IMG/VR virus record: IMGVR_UViG_3300031669_000025
Location: 1-61,192 of that record
Direction: 5' to 3' (one strand)
DNA: 61,192 nucleotides
DNA from: a virus
Taxonomy: Duplodnaviria > Caudoviricetes
Below the pieces are notes generated by a model, which did not search any database, was not told the DNA's origin, and saw only the letters and a program-made list of their open reading frames with translations. The position numbers and the translations under genes were made by a program. Shown one piece after another: positions 57,714-61,192 of the stretch. Position 1 is the first letter of the stretch. The number at the start of each line of letters is the position of its first letter.

Positions 57714-58034
57714 CTATTTAATTAGATTGTTGATATCATTTGGATTAAATAATTTTTCTAAAGATAATTTATCATCTTCTTTAGATTTTTTATCTATTTC
57801 CATATCCATATCTTTCAAAGGATTTTCCTTAGAAAAGTATTTTTCATTTTTATCAATGTAATCTTTACTTCCTTCTTTAGTTCCATAAATATTTAAAGTG
57901 CATAAAAATCCATTTTCAATTTCTTCTACAGTTTTAGATACATGAAGATTACCTATATTTTTAGATATAGACCATCTTTTATTCTCTTTCTTTTCAGAAG
58001 TAGAATCCTCTATTGGCATAATACTATCACTCAT
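57714..58034 (-). CDS. Hypothetical protein
   Basis: ORF with VEEIENGF motif. Confidence 0.65.
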   Translation of the reverse strand: MSDSIMPIEDSTSEKKENKRWSISKNIGNLHVSKTVEEIENGFLCTLNIYGTKEGSKDYIDKNEKYFSKENPLKDMDMEIDKKSKEDDKLSLEKLFNPNDINNLIK

Positions 58035-58557
58035 AATAATTTAATTTTTTAGTATATTTTATAAATACTGCTAATTCTCTACTAAATTTTCTAACTGGTC
58101 TAAATAAATACATGTTCTTATTCTTAAAGTTAGATGTTACTTTACTCCATCTAAAATAAGCTCTTTGTCCATCTACATCTTCATTAAGATGATAAAAAAC
58201 TTTCTTATCTTTAATCTGCCTTATCTCATCTGTAGTTAAATCTTTATATATTTCTGCCCAATACTTAGTTGTTCTACCCCAATCTATAGGTAATTTATTA
58301 GTATTAACTTGACCATTATCATCATAGGATACTTTTTCACTAATTCTTTTTAATGATATATCTCCTAATCTATAAGGCATATAGTATATATAGTTATTAT
58401 ATATTACAAGTCTCATTATAGCCTCACCTATATCTTTAGAAACTTGAGAAAATTCCTTTCTAGATAAAGGTTTTCTAGTTAATTTACAGTAGTAATTATA
58501 AGTATCTAACTCTGTAAATGTCTTCTTATACTTTCTTCCACTAAATCCAAAATACAT
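58027..58557 (-). CDS. IHF/HU-like DNA-binding protein (crAss-type)
   Basis: MPYRLGDISL, PIDWGRT, YHLN, YLFRPVRKFSRELA; conserved position in the tail block. Confidence 0.7.
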   Translation of the reverse strand: MYFGFSGRKYKKTFTELDTYNYYCKLTRKPLSRKEFSQVSKDIGEAIMRLVIYNNYIYYMPYRLGDISLKRISEKVSYDDNGQVNTNKLPIDWGRTTKYWAEIYKDLTTDEIRQIKDKKVFYHLNEDVDGQRAYFRWSKVTSNFKNKNMYLFRPVRKFSRELAVFIKYTKKLNYYE

Positions 58558-59255
58558 TATTTCTTACCCATTCCTATGTTAACAATATCATTGGCACCAT
58601 TATCATTAGTATCTTCTTTTTCTTGTCCAAGAAGAAGTAAATTTTCTTTAAATATCATAGTTTCAATATCATGAACCATATCTTCTCCTAAAGCATAAGG
58701 ACTATTTTCATTATAGTTAGGATTAGTAAATTTAGCAGCAACATCTACATCTTGAAATACTCCAACTATATCAATATACTTAGTATTCTTTATTGCTAAA
58801 TCTCTTGATGCTAAATAAATTCTATTGTCTAGTTGAAATGCACATATATCTTTCTTATTAAATTTACCAAATCCAAAAGTTAGTGCATCATTAAAATCTG
58901 TTATTTTATACTTAATTTCATATCTATCAGCAGGGCCAATTCTGTAGAATGAACCTACATGACCCCTTCTATCAATAGTCTTAGGGATATCTACCTTAGT
59001 TCTTAAAAAGTATTTATTAGAGTTAATACCTGTAAATATAGAACTATCTACTAACTCTACTTCAACTGGGCCTAAAGATTGTAATATAGACTGGTCAAAA
59101 CCAAAGGTAGATTTATCTAGTCTTTGTTTAAGAAACTTAGTTCTAGCATTATTAATCCAGTTGTATACATACCTAATGTCTAAATCATCTGATACTTTAG
59201 ATTGTATCCTATAATTCTTTAAGATACTGTAAGCTATAGTATTAAGTGTTACCAT
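58557..59255 (-). CDS. Tail ring protein
   Basis: TLNTIAY...WINNAR...RTKVDIP...GVFQD...Y pattern of crAss-like ring proteins. Confidence 0.65.
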   Translation of the reverse strand: MVTLNTIAYSILKNYRIQSKVSDDLDIRYVYNWINNARTKFLKQRLDKSTFGFDQSILQSLGPVEVELVDSSIFTGINSNKYFLRTKVDIPKTIDRRGHVGSFYRIGPADRYEIKYKITDFNDALTFGFGKFNKKDICAFQLDNRIYLASRDLAIKNTKYIDIVGVFQDVDVAAKFTNPNYNENSPYALGEDMVHDIETMIFKENLLLLGQEKEDTNDNGANDIVNIGMGKK

Positions 59256-59824
59256 TTGATTATTTTATTTATATTAATATATGCTCCTATTACTGGTGTA
59301 TTATAGGTAATATTATACCCAGCCAATATACTAAATTTTTTTGTAGAATATACAACAGTTGGTGTAATTTCTTTACTACTAAAAGTTCCACCTAAATATA
59401 TACTATTTGCATAAACTGTATTAGTATTTGTAATAGTTTTTGTTATAGTAGGAAAATTCTTCTCTATACTTATTTCTCTACTAGTTACCTGATTTTGTGT
59501 AATAGTATCTTTTAACTTAACTACTAGATTACTGTCCTTATAAATAGTAGCTTGAGCCAAGTATTTAGAATAGTATTTTAGGTATAAATCCTTATATAAA
59601 CTATCACACTTGGTAGTATCATACTCAGGTGCTATGATAGTGTCTATAATGATAGGTTTATCAGGCTTTAATTTAATTGTAACAGTATCATGAATCCAGG
59701 TTGTATCTATCTTTATAGTTTGTTCATGTTTTATTATAGTAGTTGGAAAGTATCTGTGTTGAACAAATACTACTCCAACTATTATAAGAGATATAATAAA
59801 GGTATTAAGAAGAAACTTTTTCAT
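59249..59824 (-). CDS. Membrane-anchored protein, possible spanin
   Basis: Single N-terminal TM, DT-rich stalk, beta-rich C-terminus; follows endolysin and holin candidates. Confidence 0.55.
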   Translation of the reverse strand: MKKFLLNTFIISLIIVGVVFVQHRYFPTTIIKHEQTIKIDTTWIHDTVTIKLKPDKPIIIDTIIAPEYDTTKCDSLYKDLYLKYYSKYLAQATIYKDSNLVVKLKDTITQNQVTSREISIEKNFPTITKTITNTNTVYANSIYLGGTFSSKEITPTVVYSTKKFSILAGYNITYNTPVIGAYININKIIKW

Positions 59825-60023
59825 CTTCAGTATCTATTTTTACTAAACCACCTGTAACTCCAGTAAGCAAACTATTCTTAGCTGCTAAGTAAGTCCATCC
59901 TAACCCCATTGCTATACTAAATGAAGTAGTATCAATTTTAGAAAGAATCCATAATACTAGTGATGCTAGTATAATTACTCCACCTACAATAGTGCTAAAT
60001 ACTTGTTTAAATCTATCTTTCAT
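59805..60023 (-). CDS. Putative holin
   Basis: 72 aa, two TM segments, charged C-terminus. Confidence 0.6.
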   Translation of the reverse strand: MKDRFKQVFSTIVGGVIILASLVLWILSKIDTTSFSIAMGLGWTYLAAKNSLLTGVTGGLVKIDTEDEKVSS

Positions 60024-60030
60024 AACTTTA

Positions 60031-60477
60031 TTATTTAATTATTAATGTGTATTCTTCTTGCTTGTGTTTCTCTATGAGCGCAAGGAGTATGTTAAGGATG
60101 GCCACCGAGTTAGTAACTTTTCCTTTAACATTATTTACTCCTACCAATATGCACCCTCTGGTGTCTAAATCGGTTGTGCCGTTATGTATCTCAACAGCAG
60201 TAAAATTAGGCACATTTTGAAGTAAGGGAAGCACTCTTTTAAAGTGAGGTGAATAAACCATTTTAAATTTATATACTCCATAAGGAATAGCAGTTTTACC
60301 CCATATCTTTTTTTCACCATTATCAAACTTACCATCTTTATTTAAGTCTCTAACAGTATCTTCTAAGGTATTGCACAGTTTAGTATATGGTTGAGTATCA
60401 ATACTAAAACTTAAAGTTCCTATTGTATAAGTATCTTTAAGTGCAAATCTATCAATTTTAAAAATTATTTCTGACAT
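60031..60477 (-). CDS. DUF5675 protein, putative endolysin
   Basis: TIGTL...TLED...TAIPYGVY...VPNF...IHNG...DTRGCILVG. Confidence 0.85.
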   Translation of the reverse strand: MSEIIFKIDRFALKDTYTIGTLSFSIDTQPYTKLCNTLEDTVRDLNKDGKFDNGEKKIWGKTAIPYGVYKFKMVYSPHFKRVLPLLQNVPNFTAVEIHNGTTDLDTRGCILVGVNNVKGKVTNSVAILNILLALIEKHKQEEYTLIIK

Positions 60478-60503
60478 ATCTTTATAATTTTAAATTTCTT
60501 ACA

Positions 60504-60884
60504 CTACGTTTGTGTAATATAAATATACGCATTGGGATATATAGAAGCAACAGTAATTGTTGCTGTTCTTGGACCGAGAGATGATGTAACTGTTACCGTA
60601 AATCCTCCAGTTCCAGTGCCACTAGAAGAACTAAGTGTACACCATGTTCGATCGGATGTTGCACTCCAACCAATAGCTGGGTCTGTTGTTACTTGCACAT
60701 CGTTTGAACTAGTTGGAAGTCCATTAAGTGCAAAAGTAATACTTGTAAGTGAAACAGTTAAAGAATTTAATAATACTGTAAATGTTACCTCATCAATTGT
60801 AGAAATATTGGCAGCCAATACCCCATTTATCGAAGATACGTTTGAATCTGTTACTCCCGCTATACTAGATACTGTGTCGCTCAT
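60504..60884 (-). CDS. BACON/Ig-like domain protein
   Basis: WSATSDRTWCTLSSSSGTG...VTV...RTATITV. Confidence 0.8.
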   Translation of the reverse strand: MSDTVSSIAGVTDSNVSSINGVLAANISTIDEVTFTVLLNSLTVSLTSITFALNGLPTSSNDVQVTTDPAIGWSATSDRTWCTLSSSSGTGTGGFTVTVTSSLGPRTATITVASIYPNAYIYITQT

Positions 60885-60897
60885 TATTCTAAATCAT

Positions 60898-61191
60898 TTA
60901 TTTTAATAATATTACGTCTGGTGAAGGATTAAATATATAGTTGTATGCACTAACAGCAGTTCCTATACACTGAACATACTGTCCTGCTATGGTTGGTCTA
61001 GTGGTTGTAGGCAACCCTGTTGTTCCTAAGTATACTGGTGCACCTACTGTAAAAGTAACTGAATTATAACTATTACCTCCAAAAAGTAGAAATGAACCAG
61101 ATGCGCCACTTCCAACACTACTTGTAGAATTATTAACTCCAACTACTCTTGCTTTTGCAGCAGTATCTGCTCTCGCAATACCAACAGTTCC
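60898..61191 (-). CDS. Partial structural protein (C-terminal 97 aa; cement/tail-hub-like)
   Basis: Open frame from the window edge: ...ARADTAAKARVVG...FTVGAPVYLGTTGLPTTTRPTIAGQYVQCIGTAVS...FNPS. Confidence 0.65.
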   Translation of the reverse strand, partial: GTVGIARADTAAKARVVGVNNSTSSVGSGASGSFLLFGGNSYNSVTFTVGAPVYLGTTGLPTTTRPTIAGQYVQCIGTAVSAYNYIFNPSPDVILLK

Positions 61192-61192
61192 A

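Noticed and set aside
7151-57861. Short opposite-strand or out-of-frame ORFs in the track (e.g. 7151, 7513, 12729, 12829, 16947, 18616, 19472, 19801, 19805, 24496, 29368, 31252, 31885, 34763, 41470, 43029, 48181, 50169, 50423, 57670)
   Set aside because: They largely overlap well-supported genes and have no protein-like motifs.
60532-60906. 124-aa + strand ORF antisense to the BACON gene
   Set aside because: Mirror-frame artefact of a Ser/Thr/Val-rich gene; the - strand product has the recognisable domain and matches block orientation.
1-61192. Integrase/recombinase or reverse transcriptase (DGR, retron) in the window
   Set aside because: No ORF shows the tyrosine-recombinase R-H-x-x-R-H-Y pattern or an RT YxDD context. 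The array's enzyme must lie elsewhere or in the host.
1-61192. Stop-codon reassignment as in some crAss-like phages
   Set aside because: Giant ORFs are intact under the standard code, and both TAG (18985, 49167) and TGA (10503) end genes at sensible boundaries.

Overview
An AT-rich fragment of a crAss-like (Crassvirales-type, Bacteroidota-infecting) phage genome that uses the standard genetic code. The + strand (1-32950) carries early, replication and metabolism genes: family A DNA polymerase, SF2 helicase, DnaB helicase, primase, dUTPase, an AAA ATPase split by a group I intron with a GIY-YIG endonuclease, SSB-like protein, resolvase, 5'-3' exonuclease and RNA ligase. The - strand (33008-61192) carries virion genes: three giant ejection proteins including the DFDVD virion RNA polymerase, cargo, muzzle and ring proteins, an IHF-like protein, a lysis cassette and a BACON protein. 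The two halves converge on one hairpin. Two systems stand out. (1) Two integron-like cassette arrays (1-2441, 5922-6751): single small genes alternate with attC-like hairpins of fixed geometry, each cassette is bracketed by its own long inverted repeat, and both arrays end in a shared attI-like site. No integrase lies in the window. (2) A four-gene ubiquitin-like conjugation operon (Ubl, E2-like, JAB, E1; 22224-25832). All calls come from motif reading by eye; no searches were run.
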